Shown piece after piece: positions 35,369 through 47,202 of a stretch of DNA of 64,000 bases. The position numbers and the translations under genes were made by a program. The number at the start of each line of letters is the position of its first letter. Position 1 is the stretch's first letter. Source of the stretch: Trypanosoma brucei (taxonomy: Eukaryota); contig CH464491.1 in NCBI GenBank assembly GCA_000002445.1, positions 5,197,802-5,261,801 on the forward strand. Reading direction: 5' to 3'. Under the pieces are notes generated by a model. That model was not told where the DNA came from and ran no database searches. It worked only from the letters and a program-made list of their open reading frames with translations.

Positions 35369-38300
35369 GTGACACTGTCAAGGAATTGCACAGTGTACAC
35401 GTGGACATCGCTGTATTCTCCCGATAGCGATCACCATCACATATTTTTCGACGTTATCGTTGGAGACGACACAGATGCACTGAGTTGCCCGCGGCTTCGA
35501 AAGCCCATGTACGCATGGCTAAAAGCTGACTGGAGGAATATCCGTCTCAAGGTTGACGAGCTCTGCAGGAAAATTAATAGAGAGAAGAACGTCAACACCC
35601 TGGAACAGAAATTGAGCTTCGCCATCCGCATTGCGACGAAGGTCTCCGTCCCCCGTGGCTGCAGAGCAACGGCACCACATTGGACACCTGAGCTCGCGAA
35701 ACTCGATGAAGAGATCGCTGGATGCGGACCCTCCCACCGAAGGGAAAAGTTGGTAGCCACGCGTAAGCAGATCCTGGACCGTACCACAAAGAAGAAATGG
35801 AGCACGCTATGCTCCAGACTTGCGGTGTCAGACCGCTGCAGTTGGCACATTGTCAAGAAGGTATATCCGCCACGACCACTAACCACACCGGCGGTACTTG
35901 TTGATAACGCGGCCATCACGGACTACTGTCAAGCTGAGAGGTTCATTAAACTGTACTCGTCCCGCGCAAAAAGGCACCCCGACTCACACCCACCGGCACC
36001 AATAAAGACGATAGCGAGTGAGTTCAGTCCCATCACGATGGCTGAACTACGGAAATCGATCAAACAACTTCCGAGTGGATCCACAGCCGGACCTAATTGC
36101 TTATACAACGAGGCACTACAACATCTCGGTAGAACAGCGTTGAATGTTGTTCTGAGGCTATTCAATGAGAGCCTACGAACGGGAGTCGTGCCGCCTGCAT
36201 GGAAGACTGGTGTTATCATCCCCATCCTGAAGGCCGGAAAAAAGGCGGAGGACCTCGATTCTTACAGGCCAGTGACGCTCACGAGCTGTCTCTGCAAAGT
36301 CATGGAGCGCATAATTGCCGCGAGGCTTAGAGACACTGTTGAGTCCCAGCTGACGCCGCAGCAATCAGGCTTTCGCCCCGGATGCTCAACGCTCGAACAA
36401 CTCCTGCACGTCCACGCTGCCCTCTGCCTCCCCACGCACCAATCTCGTACGGGTGCTGTATTTGTCGACTACGAGAAGGCATTCGATACAGTAGACCACG
36501 ACAAAATTGCGAGGGAAATGCACAGAATGAAGGTATCACCCCACATTGTGAAGTGGTGCGTATCATTTCTGAGTAACCGAACTGGCAGAGTGAGATTCAA
36601 GGAGAAGCTTTCCAGAAGCAGAACATTTGAGCGAGGAGTGCCACAAGGAACTGTCCTTGGCCCAATCATGTTCATTATTGTCATGAACTCGTTGAGCCAA
36701 CGCCTTGCAGAAGTGCCGTTACTGCAGCACGGATTCTTTGCAGACGACCTGACGCTACTTGCGAGGCACACAGAGAGGGATGTCATCAACCACACACTAC
36801 AATGCGGTCTAAACGTGGTGTTACGGTGGTCAAAAGAGTACTTCATGTCTGTCAACGTAGCGAAAACAAAGTGCACACTCTTCGGGTGTATAGAGCGTCA
36901 CCCCCTTACATTACAACTGGACGGCGAAAGAATAGGAGCTGACAGGACACCGAAGCTTCTAGGAGTAACATTCCAGAGTCTGCAAGGGATGGCAACACAT
37001 GCGGCCAAAACGAGACGCAAGATGGATTTCAGACTACTGCAGATAGCAGCCATCTCAGCTTCTACATGGGGGCTAAGACGACAAGTACTGAGAGCTTTTT
37101 ATCTAGCACTCGTACAGGCACACACCATGTATGGCATTGAGGTATGGTACTGGGACGCTTCGGAACGAAGTCGCGACCTCCTTGCATCAGCACAACACAA
37201 AGCCAGTCGCATCATAGCCGGCATACCACATGGGACGCGCAAAGAGGACTCTCTGCTGGAAGCAAACCTCCTGCCACTCAAGACGACCACTCTTGTGCGC
37301 AGCATGAAATTCATGCTGATGTGTGAGTCACGAGGCGGATGTTTGCGGCGCAGTGCTGAAGAAGTATACCACAGCAAACACCCAGTCAGAGTCTTACATT
37401 CCCGCATCATGCTGTCCTACCCCCACCTCCGCATTGAGCCACGCGAGCAACCACTAGAGACATCGACGCTCCGCCACAGCTGCCGACCGCTATTTCACAC
37501 GCAGATAAAGCCTGTGTGCGCTGATGACCCTGACGATGTCAAAAGCGAGGCTTCCGAAAAGTGGATTGCACGGCATTTTGCACGGAGGGGGAAGGAGCCA
37601 CAGCGGCGAGAGCACTACGAATTGTGGACTGATGGATGCGTGTCCCTCGGTGAGAAGTCCGGAGCAACTGCCCTGCTCTATAGAAACAACACGCTGATTT
37701 GCGCACCCAAAACTGGAGCAGGGGAACTCTCATGCAGTTACAGAGCGGAATGCGTAGCATTAGAGATAGGACTGCAACGGCTGCTGAAATGGCTTCCGGC
37801 ATACAGAAGCACAACGAGCAGGTTGTCCATCTTCTCTGACTCGCTGTCAATGTTAACAGAACTGCAGACAGGCCCCCTAGCCGTAACGGACCCAATTCTA
37901 AGACGACTATGGAGGCTTCTGCTTCAAGTTCAGAGAAGGAAGATACGTATCCGACTGCAATTTGTGTTTGGCCATTGTGGCGTGAAACGGAATGAGGTTT
38001 GCGATGACATGGCCAAAAAGGCCGCTGATTTACCACAGTTGCGAAATACATGGATCCCCGACATCATTGCTTATGCGAAGCGAGTGCTTAGGTCGGAAGA
38101 AGTCTATGAGAACACTCATAGGTTTGGTATCACGGGCAACCACTTTCCAACAAAACCTAAGAAAGAAGAACTGACGAGGGAGGAAGAAACGGCACTGGCA
38201 CGCTTTCGGGTTGGATCTTCAAGACACTATGGATGGATGTTGCGAAAGATCAACCCGAGTGTGCCTCCACAGTGCCGATGGTGTAACCCGCAACATGCAG

Positions 38301-39535
38301 CGATAGGGCCAACAATACGAATGCCCCCAACTGTTGCGACACGCACTCTTCAGAGAACCTCCGAACCGACCAAATGTACGGAGTGTGATGCCACATACCA
38401 ATGCCGCTCGAGTTCTGTAACGCACATGGTAAACAAACACGGCTTTGTGCGAGCTGATGCCCTCAGGAGGATCAAATACGGCGATGCAACACCTGCAGTG
38501 GACATCCCCCCGGAGTCCCCTCCAGTGGTGGCGATCGTTCCTCTACCATCGAGCACACGAGTCCCGATGAGACTGCAGCTGCTTCATTGTACCCTCTGTA
38601 CCTCCAAATTCGCAGTGCCAGGCCGACTATTACACCACCTTAGAACAATACATGGCATAGGCAGCGGTAGTTGCCGCGTGAAAAGGGGTCGAGAGAACGA
38701 AGACTCATTGCAAGGAGATGGTAGAGCCCCAGCAGCGCTAGCCCCTCAGGATACACGGAAGCTGCCGTTTCAATGTGACCTGTGCGAGCCGAGCTTCGGT
38801 ACACGTTCTTCCCTGTCACTACACAAGAAATTCAAACATAAGAGCATAGTGACGGAGGACGGTACCGTGGTGTTGGTGCAATTCCCTCGTAAGCGTGCCC
38901 GTGAGGGAAACGTTGACGTCCCGGGGAAGGGCGAGGTGCAGTGTGGTGTGTGCCAAAAAGTGCTCAGTTGCAGGGACTCCCTCATCCGACACTGTAAGGC
39001 TTTCCACAAAGGTGAGGGAGTGGAGCTTAAATGCAGCAAAAGCACAAAATTGTGTGCCACTGATTCCCCGCATACAAACGCATCCATCTTGGTGTGCCCG
39101 ACATGCGGAAGGCAGTGTGCTAGCAAAACTGGCCTCACCCTACATCAAAAGAAGATGCACGGTATGAAGGTAGAGCGCGCTGTTACCAGCCAACGCGGCG
39201 ACTGCGAAGAAACGTCACTGCACCTGATGAGCTGTCCCGGTTTGAAGGAGTTACGTGTCAGGTTTGCGGTAGAAGGTGTGTGTGTGCAGGATGTATGTTT
39301 CTCTAAAAGGCTGGCGCAGTTTCTCATTGCGGTTGAACGGAGCCGGCCGCAGGTGAAGTCCTCACCTAATGTAACAGTCATACAACCCACTCTCCCTTCT
39401 GCAACTTCCCCCCTTATTGCCGAGTGTGGAGCTAGCAGGAAAAGCACCGGACGCAGGAATAGTCCAGACACCCTCAGAGACAGAGGAGGTATGCAGTCAA
39501 CAAGCAACAGAAACAGAAAGAGGGGGAGAGAATAA
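35369..39535 (+). CDS. ingi ORF, main segment of 1388 aa: the end of the AP endonuclease, then reverse transcriptase, RNase H and a C2H2 zinc-finger domain.
   Basis: Longest ORF in the window. The reverse-transcriptase, RNase H and zinc-finger motifs are listed under the element. It is collinear with the fragmented ORFs of the copy at 4963-10227. Confidence 0.9.
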   Translation: MTLSRNCTVYTWTSLYSPDSDHHHIFFDVIVGDDTDALSCPRLRKPMYAWLKADWRNIRLKVDELCRKINREKNVNTLEQKLSFAIRIATKVSVPRGCRATAPHWTPELAKLDEEIAGCGPSHRREKLVATRKQILDRTTKKKWSTLCSRLAVSDRCSWHIVKKVYPPRPLTTPAVLVDNAAITDYCQAERFIKLYSSRAKRHPDSHPPAPIKTIASEFSPITMAELRKSIKQLPSGSTAGPNCLYNEALQHLGRTALNVVLRLFNESLRTGVVPPAWKTGVIIPILKAGKKAEDLDSYRPVTLTSCLCKVMERIIAARLRDTVESQLTPQQSGFRPGCSTLEQLLHVHAALCLPTHQSRTGAVFVDYEKAFDTVDHDKIAREMHRMKVSPHIVKWCVSFLSNRTGRVRFKEKLSRSRTFERGVPQGTVLGPIMFIIVMNSLSQRLAEVPLLQHGFFADDLTLLARHTERDVINHTLQCGLNVVLRWSKEYFMSVNVAKTKCTLFGCIERHPLTLQLDGERIGADRTPKLLGVTFQSLQGMATHAAKTRRKMDFRLLQIAAISASTWGLRRQVLRAFYLALVQAHTMYGIEVWYWDASERSRDLLASAQHKASRIIAGIPHGTRKEDSLLEANLLPLKTTTLVRSMKFMLMCESRGGCLRRSAEEVYHSKHPVRVLHSRIMLSYPHLRIEPREQPLETSTLRHSCRPLFHTQIKPVCADDPDDVKSEASEKWIARHFARRGKEPQRREHYELWTDGCVSLGEKSGATALLYRNNTLICAPKTGAGELSCSYRAECVALEIGLQRLLKWLPAYRSTTSRLSIFSDSLSMLTELQTGPLAVTDPILRRLWRLLLQVQRRKIRIRLQFVFGHCGVKRNEVCDDMAKKAADLPQLRNTWIPDIIAYAKRVLRSEEVYENTHRFGITGNHFPTKPKKEELTREEETALARFRVGSSRHYGWMLRKINPSVPPQCRWCNPQHAAIGPTIRMPPTVATRTLQRTSEPTKCTECDATYQCRSSSVTHMVNKHGFVRADALRRIKYGDATPAVDIPPESPPVVAIVPLPSSTRVPMRLQLLHCTLCTSKFAVPGRLLHHLRTIHGIGSGSCRVKRGRENEDSLQGDGRAPAALAPQDTRKLPFQCDLCEPSFGTRSSLSLHKKFKHKSIVTEDGTVVLVQFPRKRAREGNVDVPGKGEVQCGVCQKVLSCRDSLIRHCKAFHKGEGVELKCSKSTKLCATDSPHTNASILVCPTCGRQCASKTGLTLHQKKMHGMKVERAVTSQRGDCEETSLHLMSCPGLKELRVRFAVEGVCVQDVCFSKRLAQFLIAVERSRPQVKSSPNVTVIQPTLPSATSPLIAECGASRKSTGRRNSPDTLRDRGGMQSTSNRNRKRGRE

Positions 39536-39806
39536 TAAACGAATAACAAAAATCAAAACAGAAGGATTGGTAATTGACATCTTTGAGAGAGTCCGGAGTG
39601 GGGGGCTTCTTGCCCCATCTGCTGTATTCCGTTCAACTGCGGAGCTACAACAAAACGTTATAGAGAGTGTGTTAGGGTGAATAAAAAAGGGAGACTCTGC
39701 CACAGTCGCCAGACCGATAGCATCTCAGGACTCTACGGTGATGGCTGATGGCCGCGCCAGTGAGGGGAAACTCCCACGAAGGCAGGGAGAAAATTCCAAA
39801 AAAAAA

Positions 39807-40740
39807 TTTTTATTGTTATCCCTTTAGCTTGGCATAACTCATTTGCTACTGCCTCCGCCGTGGTTAGCATTTGGCGGTATAACATGGTTTGCGGACGGTT
39901 TGTCTGCTTGATATGCTGCGTGCATGTTGATGCTCTCTCCTCGGCTGCAAAAGCTACTTTGGCTTCCTGGACACCGAGCCTGCGTTTGCCGTCCCAAGGC
40001 TCTTGGCGCTATTGAGGCACCCGCCAGTTTCGAAGACGTTGTTGCTGGAGGTGCTGATGTCGCCTTTGCCGCGCGTATCGAGTTTCATTTGTGGTAGTTG
40101 AAACAACTCGTCGGGATGTAGCTTCATGACTCCTATTTTTTTAGCTCCGATGTTGCCGCCGTTATGTGGGGGCCGCTAGTAAGATCTGCTTGGTAGTCTT
40201 TGGCTGCAGTTTGTTGGAATGTAACGGCAATGTCGCATTTTTTTCTGTGCCCGCTAGTAAATTGTCTTGCCCTGTCCCTGATTTGCCGTTTGAGATGACG
40301 GCTTGTGCTCTGTCGGTGGCGTAGATGGCCATTTTAAGTGGTGCTATTCTGGAGTTCAGGGTTAGAAACGCGTTTTCCAGGGCTTTCAGTCCTGTGCTGA
40401 GTTGCTGTGCTTGTTCTTGCGCCCGCCACCGTTGTTAGTGCAAAAAGTGCCACGTACTCTGTTTTGGTTTCGGCATCTTGAGCTAATGTGGCTGCTGTTG
40501 AAAGTTGTATGATGTCATTTGAAAGCTCTGGTAGCCTGTTGTCTGCCATTGTGATTTGCGTACTAAATTCGCTGCTTAATTTCTGTAGGTATCCAATCTC
40601 CTTTCACGGCGTATTAACAGCATCAGTGAGTGTTCTCTTTGCCGGTTGTGCTGCCGCCAATTTGGCGGTTAGAGTAAAGAGTACAAAGCCTGTGGTTTCC
40701 GCGCGCATTGACTAGCTTTTTATCCACCGCTACTACCTTC
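39807..40740 (-). pseudogene. VSG: Probable 5' part of the VSG pseudogene that is interrupted by the ingi copy; heavily degenerate and its upstream limit is uncertain.
   Basis: Minus-strand frames give VSG-like Ala/Thr/Leu/Lys-rich peptides, e.g. ...SNDIIQLSTAATLAQDAETKTEYVALFALTTVAGARTSTATQ. Plus-strand ORF 40488-40715 has the antisense low-complexity character. There is no long ORF. A 70-bp repeat lies upstream at 42236-42320. Confidence 0.4.
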
Positions 40741-42235
40741 AAATTTCATCAAAAAAAGTGTATGAAGAAGTAAGTTTAGTCATTGGCAGCGCCTAGGATG
40801 TGTATACGGATGGTGCAACATTTACATATAAATATTTTACCAATGCCATAACTTTGTTTCTTTTCGATCTTTACGCTGTTGGACTGTGCATCAACATCGG
40901 ACGCCACTGCGTCTACTAAGTTTGTTGTTTTCTGTCTCAATTATTTATCGGCGGTAGACACTTCTCCATTGAAGGACAACTTCTATTCGGAGTTTGTTGG
41001 TGTTATGTTCTTCAACTTGAATCTTTTGAGGTTTGAAATTGGTTGTTTAGACTACTTTGTTCTTTCTCCATCATCTCAGCTTGAGAGGATCCAATAATGT
41101 GTCTACGTGTGTGGGCCTCGTAAATAAAACTTATTTTTAGGCGAATATTTTGAGATCTTTATTACAATAGGACCGCTATATATTTGTATCTATGCCGTAG
41201 CTCTCCAGTTTTTCAACCCCAATACATAACCTCTTTATAAAACAGCACAAATTTCCATATATAAATTTACAAATCTTGTTGTTTATAACTTTTTTTCAAT
41301 TTTTGGCTCTATAGTCAGCTAAGGTGACAAAATAACGTATTTGTTTAGGTTGTATGCGCAATACAGTATTTTTTAGGTTCATTTTTTAAAAGCCTGCTTG
41401 CGGTTAAGACTTTGTAATTTTTGTGTGAATTGCACTATTACGTCTTTTTCCTCATACGTTGTTGCTTCAGTTAGACTTCGTCGGCCCTTATGCTTATATG
41501 GAATCCCCACTGTTTTAAAGTACTTAAAGTGTCACCGTTATACCAATATAGAGGCGGTGGAGTATTACTAGCAGCTCTTAGTACCACATATAAAGTTGGT
41601 CTGTAGTTTCATACGCGCGGTATTTTATGCATTTTCCTCATTTTTATATTTTACTGCCCACGGTAATTTAATAGCAATTCTATTTTTAAAACGTTTCTCC
41701 AAATAATATTGAAAGTTGGCCTAAAATGTTGACATTATTGCTGTATCTAATAAAAACAATTCGACATTTCCCTACACTTATCTAGTTTATGCCGTATGTT
41801 TCTGCTTGGGTTTGCTCATAGTTACAGCTGGACATTAGAATTTATAATCCCATTAAAGTTTACAGGCAGCACCATCTCAGTCGTTGCATCTCGCTATTGC
41901 TGTGTTAACCGTGAAGCACAGCCAACTCCTGAAACATTGTGTACTTTTCTGCGGATCTGTGCATCCTGTATTTTCTTTCCTTATTTTTCCTCTCCTATCG
42001 GTTGCTTCTGCGGATGGAAAAGCGACTCCATTATACTTGTATACTGGACTTTGTTTCCCCTTTACTCTCACCTTTATCATTTTCATGTGTATGGTGATGG
42101 TCATTTTCACATTTATGTATGAACCTGTGCATCTTATATCTCTTTCTATCTCACTTACTTCCTCCAATTGAACAGTTATATTGTTTTAAGTGCTCCTCTA
42201 TTTTGTCATTGAATCCATGGTTCACAAATACTTCT

Positions 42236-42320
42236 ATTATATATTAATAATTACACATTGACAACACTCTCGTATCATTATTATCATCATCATCATCACT
42301 ACGTTACCTTTATAACCTTA
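42236..42320 (-). repeat. Degenerate 70-bp repeat in reverse-complement orientation.
   Basis: attacacattgacaacactctcgtatcattattatcatcatcatcatcact. Confidence 0.7.
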
Positions 42321-42566
42321 ACTAATAACCATAAAATAAACAAAATTAAAATACGGTAACATTTTGATATTTATAACCCTATTAATTTACACCCATAGCC
42401 CACTATAATACACTTTTTACCAGTGTTTTAATTATTAATTTTTAAAGATTTGCTCACTTTCATCGAAAAGTGTTAGAATATTTCAAATTTTAGAAATTGC
42501 CGCAAATTCTCAAAAATTAAGTAATTTTCTTAATTTTCTACAAGTGAAGGGAAATCCTACAAATGT

Positions 42567-44001
42567 TATGCGAGAAGTAAAACTGCAAGCAAAAGAGGAG
42601 CCTTATTTATTAAAACAGAATTGCTTCCTGTGGTGTTTGTGGGTTTGCCATCTTTTCCTATTTCCTGTTTTGCTTTTTTGCCTCTTTTTGTGCGGCTATT
42701 GTGAGTTTGCACTTTTCTTCTGTCTTATTCCATTCGAAACCCTTAGTGGTGCCGCATTCTCCCTCTTCTTTGCCATTTCATTCTGGTTTCTGTGGTTTCT
42801 TTTCGTAATCGTTTTGTGTCTTTTCGAGTTCCTCTTTGGCACGCTTAAATTTTGTCTTGAGGTCTATCTGGTAGTACAACACCGATTGGATTAGCTCTTT
42901 TGTGGAGGTAATAGACGACGCCTTTTCTGTTTTGACTTCTTCGCTTTTGCCGTCGTATATTGGCGTGTCTATAAGGGTTTGCCATTTGGAACCGAAGTTT
43001 TCGCCGCCATCGGCCAGAAGGCTTTTGATTTTGCTTTTGGCGTAGGCTTCTAGCGTGCTGTCAGACCCTTTCATGCCTATTAGCTTCAGTTTTTTTACTA
43101 CGGTAGCGGCAAAATGTGAGTCGGATGCTAGTTCCTTGGCTTTATTCTTTCCTACGTGCTCTGCTTCCGTCGTTGCATGTTTTAGCAGTTCGAGTGTTGC
43201 CGAGTGCGCTTGCTTAATTAGCGCCGCCCCCGTCGCTGTTGAGTTGGCCTTAATGTTTTGCCCGTGCCCTGTTTTGAGTGTTGTCGCCGCCGTGCTGACG
43301 CTGAGTGTGCCGCCTGCAGCCAAGAAAGCTGCGCCATGCTGGAAGAGTCTGTCGTTTCCTGCCTGCGCGTTTTGGAAAAGTACGCACTTGTTCGCGTTTG
43401 TTGAGTCGTCCTTGACATCTGCTGCCTTTAGCGAGCTTATGCCGTTCTCCGTGAAAGTTGTGGTTAGTGTTTCTGAAGTGTCTGTTAGGCTTATTGCTTG
43501 GTCTATCGGGCAATCGCCTAGGCCGCTTTTGCCGCTAATGACGTTGGATCCATCCGTGTCTGCTAGGCAGCCGTTTATTGTCCCACTTTGCCCGGCAGTC
43601 ATTAGCGTAAAGAACTCGGATACACCGCCGTAAACGGCCGCCGCCACCGCTGCTGCTTCGAGCGCTGTTTTTCGAAGCTCTTTTAGGTTCAGCAGTTTTG
43701 TCTGCGCCTCGCTCCTTAGTTCCGCCGCCAGCGCCGCCAGTATTAGAGCTTCTCCGGCGTCTGCGTGTGCCCCCGCTACAGCCGCCATCTTAAGGGCTGG
43801 GTTTTCCAATGCTTCGATTGTACCCTGTGCTTCTGTTAGCTTTTGTTCTGCCGTTGCTGGTACCGTTCTGAGCTCTTTTTCTGTTGCGCACATTTTATTC
43901 CAGGCTGCTTTCTTCAGAGCTGCCCCGGTTGTGGCTGATCGTTGGGTACACATCAGGACTGCGACATATGTGAAAGCTATGATCCTGGCGATTATGTGCA
44001 T
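42567..44001 (-). pseudogene. VSG: Near-intact VSG (ORF 42778-44001, 407 aa) with a B-type-like N-terminal domain. It has a TGG to TGA nonsense codon at the start of the C-terminal domain plus a frameshift before the GPI signal.
   Basis: The ORF ends ...YEKKPQKPE*. Reading through the TGA gives NGKEEGECGTTKGFEWNKTEEKCKLTIAAQKEAKKQNRK*. The next frame gives KDGKPTNTTGSNSVLINKAPLLLAVLLLA*, with the stop at 42567-42569. A 16-mer-like GTGTTAGAATATTTCA lies at 42470-42485. Confidence 0.8.
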
Positions 44002-45600
44002 TTATCCTGGTCTTTTCTTGTTGTTTTGAACTTTTATAATATAAGGAGATTCATTGCATATCTGTAAATGGTTTAGAGGTGAAGCAGGACAATCTATTAA
44101 CGATTCGCGACAAGGCTTGTTATGTTAAAGTACAAGATAAGGAGACTTATATTAATTGTTTATTTTCGCGCCTTCGGTTACAAAGCACCATTGATTTGAA
44201 TTCAAAATTTAGTCTTTTTGTGACGTATACTTGAATGTTTAATTAAAATGCACAGTTACCCATGTTGTTGTTTCGCATTTACTTTCTCTCGAGAAAAATT
44301 TTGCGTTCTTACACGGCTTCTATATCATTGACTGCGCTACCTTGGTATAATATTGTCTTCGTTATATTTCTTGTGCTTTGTATTCGTCCTTCTGTAGTGT
44401 ACACCATATTTTTTAAGGTACAATTTAAATTCCATGGTAAAATAAAAAAAATGATGCGTTAGTTGTGCAGAGTATTCTACATTTAAATTTAACCTAGGCT
44501 TTCAATATCTATAACATTTCTCTCTGCTCTTTTTAGATTGTCACCACTATGCTGCGAAAATTCCCCACACTTTTTCACCTAAGAAGTCAGATGTCGGTGC
44601 TTCTGATCTACTTTATTTGTCGCCAACTTGCCGCTGGTACATCCAGATTCTGTTACCATATAACGCCTTTGTTTTGTATGTATCCGCTATCTTGGTTGGG
44701 ATTCCTTGGAATATTGTTCTTTCTTTTCTTCCTTTTTACACTTAAATTTGGTAGTTGTGGCGCCATTCGCAAATTTCTTGAGTGTTGTAAGTTCTTTGTT
44801 CGCTCAATTGAATGTTTTTTCTAATGCATGTAATGTGTAGCACTAGATTATTGAATACATTTAATTTTTTACCTCTATGATAGCATTGAAGTGGTGGTAT
44901 ATCATTACAAACTTTTCTACTTTGTTTACTTCTAAAAGTACTTCTTATACATGATCTACTGCAAGAATATTCAACGTTTTTATTCCTTTTTTTCTCCCGC
45001 CACAACTTCATTGGTAGTTCTAGTTATCAAACTATCCTCCAGACAATATTATGTTGATTCCACAAATGCTTTAGTCAGTACTATATCTGATGAAAAGAAG
45101 AATTAGACAGCACCTTATGCCTCCCAAATCTCTTTTTCCTGCTCTTGCCCCTGATTTTTTCAAATATTGTTATCATAATCTCTGGTCAGATTAATAAACA
45201 CAGTGAGAATCATCATTTTTGCAGTACAACATATCCATCATTGTGTAAAATGCATGGAATAATTGTCTCATCCTGAAGTATTATTATCATCTTTTTTGTA
45301 TTGTCCTGCTTCCGTTTTATCCCATTTTATAAACCCCTTTCCCTGCTTACGCAGCTACAGTAGCAATTCATTTAGAATTTTTACTAGATTATGTCTTTAG
45401 ATTATCGTCCAATCAGTCTTATCATTGTGTATGTTGACGCTCAAAATCAAGCTTTCTTTGAAATCACAATATTCAATATCCTTTCTGCGTTTTCTTGAAT
45501 AAAATTAATTTTGATCTTGCACTCACTCACTTACCACCATTGTACCCTTGCAATGTTTGTAAGTGTTTCTGTTTTAGGCATCCATTCGGCTCTCTAAATA

Positions 45601-45720
45601 CTCTTATAATACCGGTAGACACACTCAAAACACTCTTCTTTTATTCTGATTCTTCTTATTATTATATTAGTATATACACACTCATAACATTCTTTCCCTT
45701 CTGATATTACCACTATTAAG
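45601..45720 (-). repeat. Two degenerate 70-bp repeats in reverse-complement orientation.
   Basis: ggtagacacactcaaaacactcttcttttattctgattcttcttattattatattagtatatacacactcataacattc. Confidence 0.75.
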
Positions 45721-45766
45721 AAATTGTTATAAATTTAATAAATTTCCGCAACAATTTTCAAAATGC

Positions 45767-47202
45767 TAGAATGTTGCAAAACTCACAAAAACAGCAGCCA
45801 CACTCAGGGCCAATTTCTTATTGACAAGAAAACAGGAGTCCTACACTCTTTGCCCTTCCATTTGCAATTTTCTGTGCATTCTGCCTCTTTTTGATTAGAT
45901 TTGCAATCTGAGACTGCTACCCCACCTTCTTTTTTTCCATATTCCTGTTTTAGCTTGTAATTTGAATCCTTTACGCACTTCTTTTTTCCACCTTCTTCGA
46001 CTTCTTTGCAGCCTTCTTTGCAGTTATCTCCTGGCCCTTTCTTTTGACAACTCTCATCTGTCTCGGTAATCCTTGTGGTTTCTGTGTTTTTTTTGCTTTT
46101 TCTTCCTGCAATTGATTTGCTAAGTTTGCAACGGCTTCTCTGTTCATTATATGCTGAAGAAGTATGCTTTTTCTTAGTTCACCATCATCGCCAACCGTGC
46201 TGACTGCTTTATCGGCTGTGTTTTTGCCCTCGATTTTTTTGACAGCCACCTTTTCTAGTGCTTCCATGATCTTTTTTGGTTGCTGGCCTGTTTTTGGTGC
46301 TATTGAGTCTATTAATTGCTGAGCCCACCCTTCACCGTCTGGCGGTTTTGCTTGGGGATGCTTTTCTTGTAGTACTATTATTATCATGGATGTCACTTTA
46401 TTTCCTGAATTTAATTCTCGATTACGTTGGCAGCCGTTTCACCGCATGTTGATGGGTTGGCTGTCTTGAGGTCTACTAGGGCTTTGTAAAGCTTTTTCGG
46501 CATCGTGTTGGCCGCTCCACCGTTGAGCTGCCATTGAGATGCTATGGCGTGCAGCGAGCTGAATACTGCTGCGTTGTTGCCGCTATCAGCCGCAGTGACC
46601 TTTATCAGCTGCGACGCAAAGTCGTGGGGGCCTGATGACTGGAATAGGTCGGCCGCTGCCGGCACACCGCCGCTTTTGCGCAGAAACATGCATTTTGTAT
46701 TGTCTGTCCCGTCGAGCAAACTACCTGAATTCATGGTTGGAAAGCCGCTTGCTGATACTAGCCTGTCATCAAAGGGTTGCGGTTCGCCAGTTGTCGCGAA
46801 TTCTGGTGCCGTACATTCGAAATCGCCAATTTTTGTCGCCGTCACTGTCGTATTTTTTGTCGTGCTAAGGCAATAGCCCGTCGTGGCCCCACCGTTAGAA
46901 ACTGCCTTGAGTAAAGAGATAAATTCGGCAATGCCGCCCGCTGTGCTTGCGGCTCTGGCCGTTGCTGCGAGGCCCTTTTTCACAATGTCGTCATGCTGTT
47001 CGGTTGCTTGATCTACGCAGTCCTGGGCCGCCATGGCCATGGCATAGTACACCGGGCTCGTATTAGTATTTTGTGTCGCCGCTGCTCCTGCGAGTGCTTG
47101 TACTTGGACCTTGTTTGCTGCTGCAATTGCGTTCTTTATTGTCTGCGCTTTTTGACTTGCATGCTGTCCTATCTTGCTTAGAAACGCCGATAGTGTGCAC
47201 AA
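45767..47202 (-). pseudogene. VSG: VSG pseudogene: N-terminal domain ORF 46411-47202, C-terminal domain ORF 45971-46396 in another frame, and a GPI signal in a third frame ending at 45767. The true N-terminus may lie upstream of 47202.
   Basis: MCTLSAFLSKIGQHASQKAQTIKNAIAAANKVQVQALAGAAATQNTNT...YCLSTTKNTTVTATKIGDFECTAPEF...; the C-terminal part reads ...EGKNTADKAVSTVGDDG...KKTQKPQ.... The reverse complement of 45767-45840 gives DSCFLVNKKLALSVAAVFVSFATF*. A 70-bp repeat with an expanded (ATT)n lies upstream at 48001-48195. Confidence 0.75.

Larger units (their letters stand above)
34551..39806 (+). mobile_element. ingi: ingi non-LTR retrotransposon, near full-length at 5256 bp, with a single in-frame TAG. 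Poly-A tail at 39798-39806.
   Basis: The Pr77-like 5' end CCCTGGCGATGCCGGCCACCTCAACGTGGTGCCAGGGTCCAGTACCCCGTATCATC lies at 34551-34627. A 2A-like LLSGDVEENPGP lies at 34781-34816. The AP endonuclease is followed by a 1388-aa ORF with reverse-transcriptase motifs (QSGFRPGCST, FVDYEKAFDTV, FADDLTLLA at about 36735), RNase H (YELWTDGCV...YRAECVALE...FSDSL...HCGVKRNEVCDD) and five or more C2H2 fingers (e.g. FQCDLCEPSFGTRSSLSLHKKFKH, LVCPTCGRQCASKTGLTLHQKKMH). It ends in a poly-A. No 12-bp target-site duplication is visible. Confidence 0.92.
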
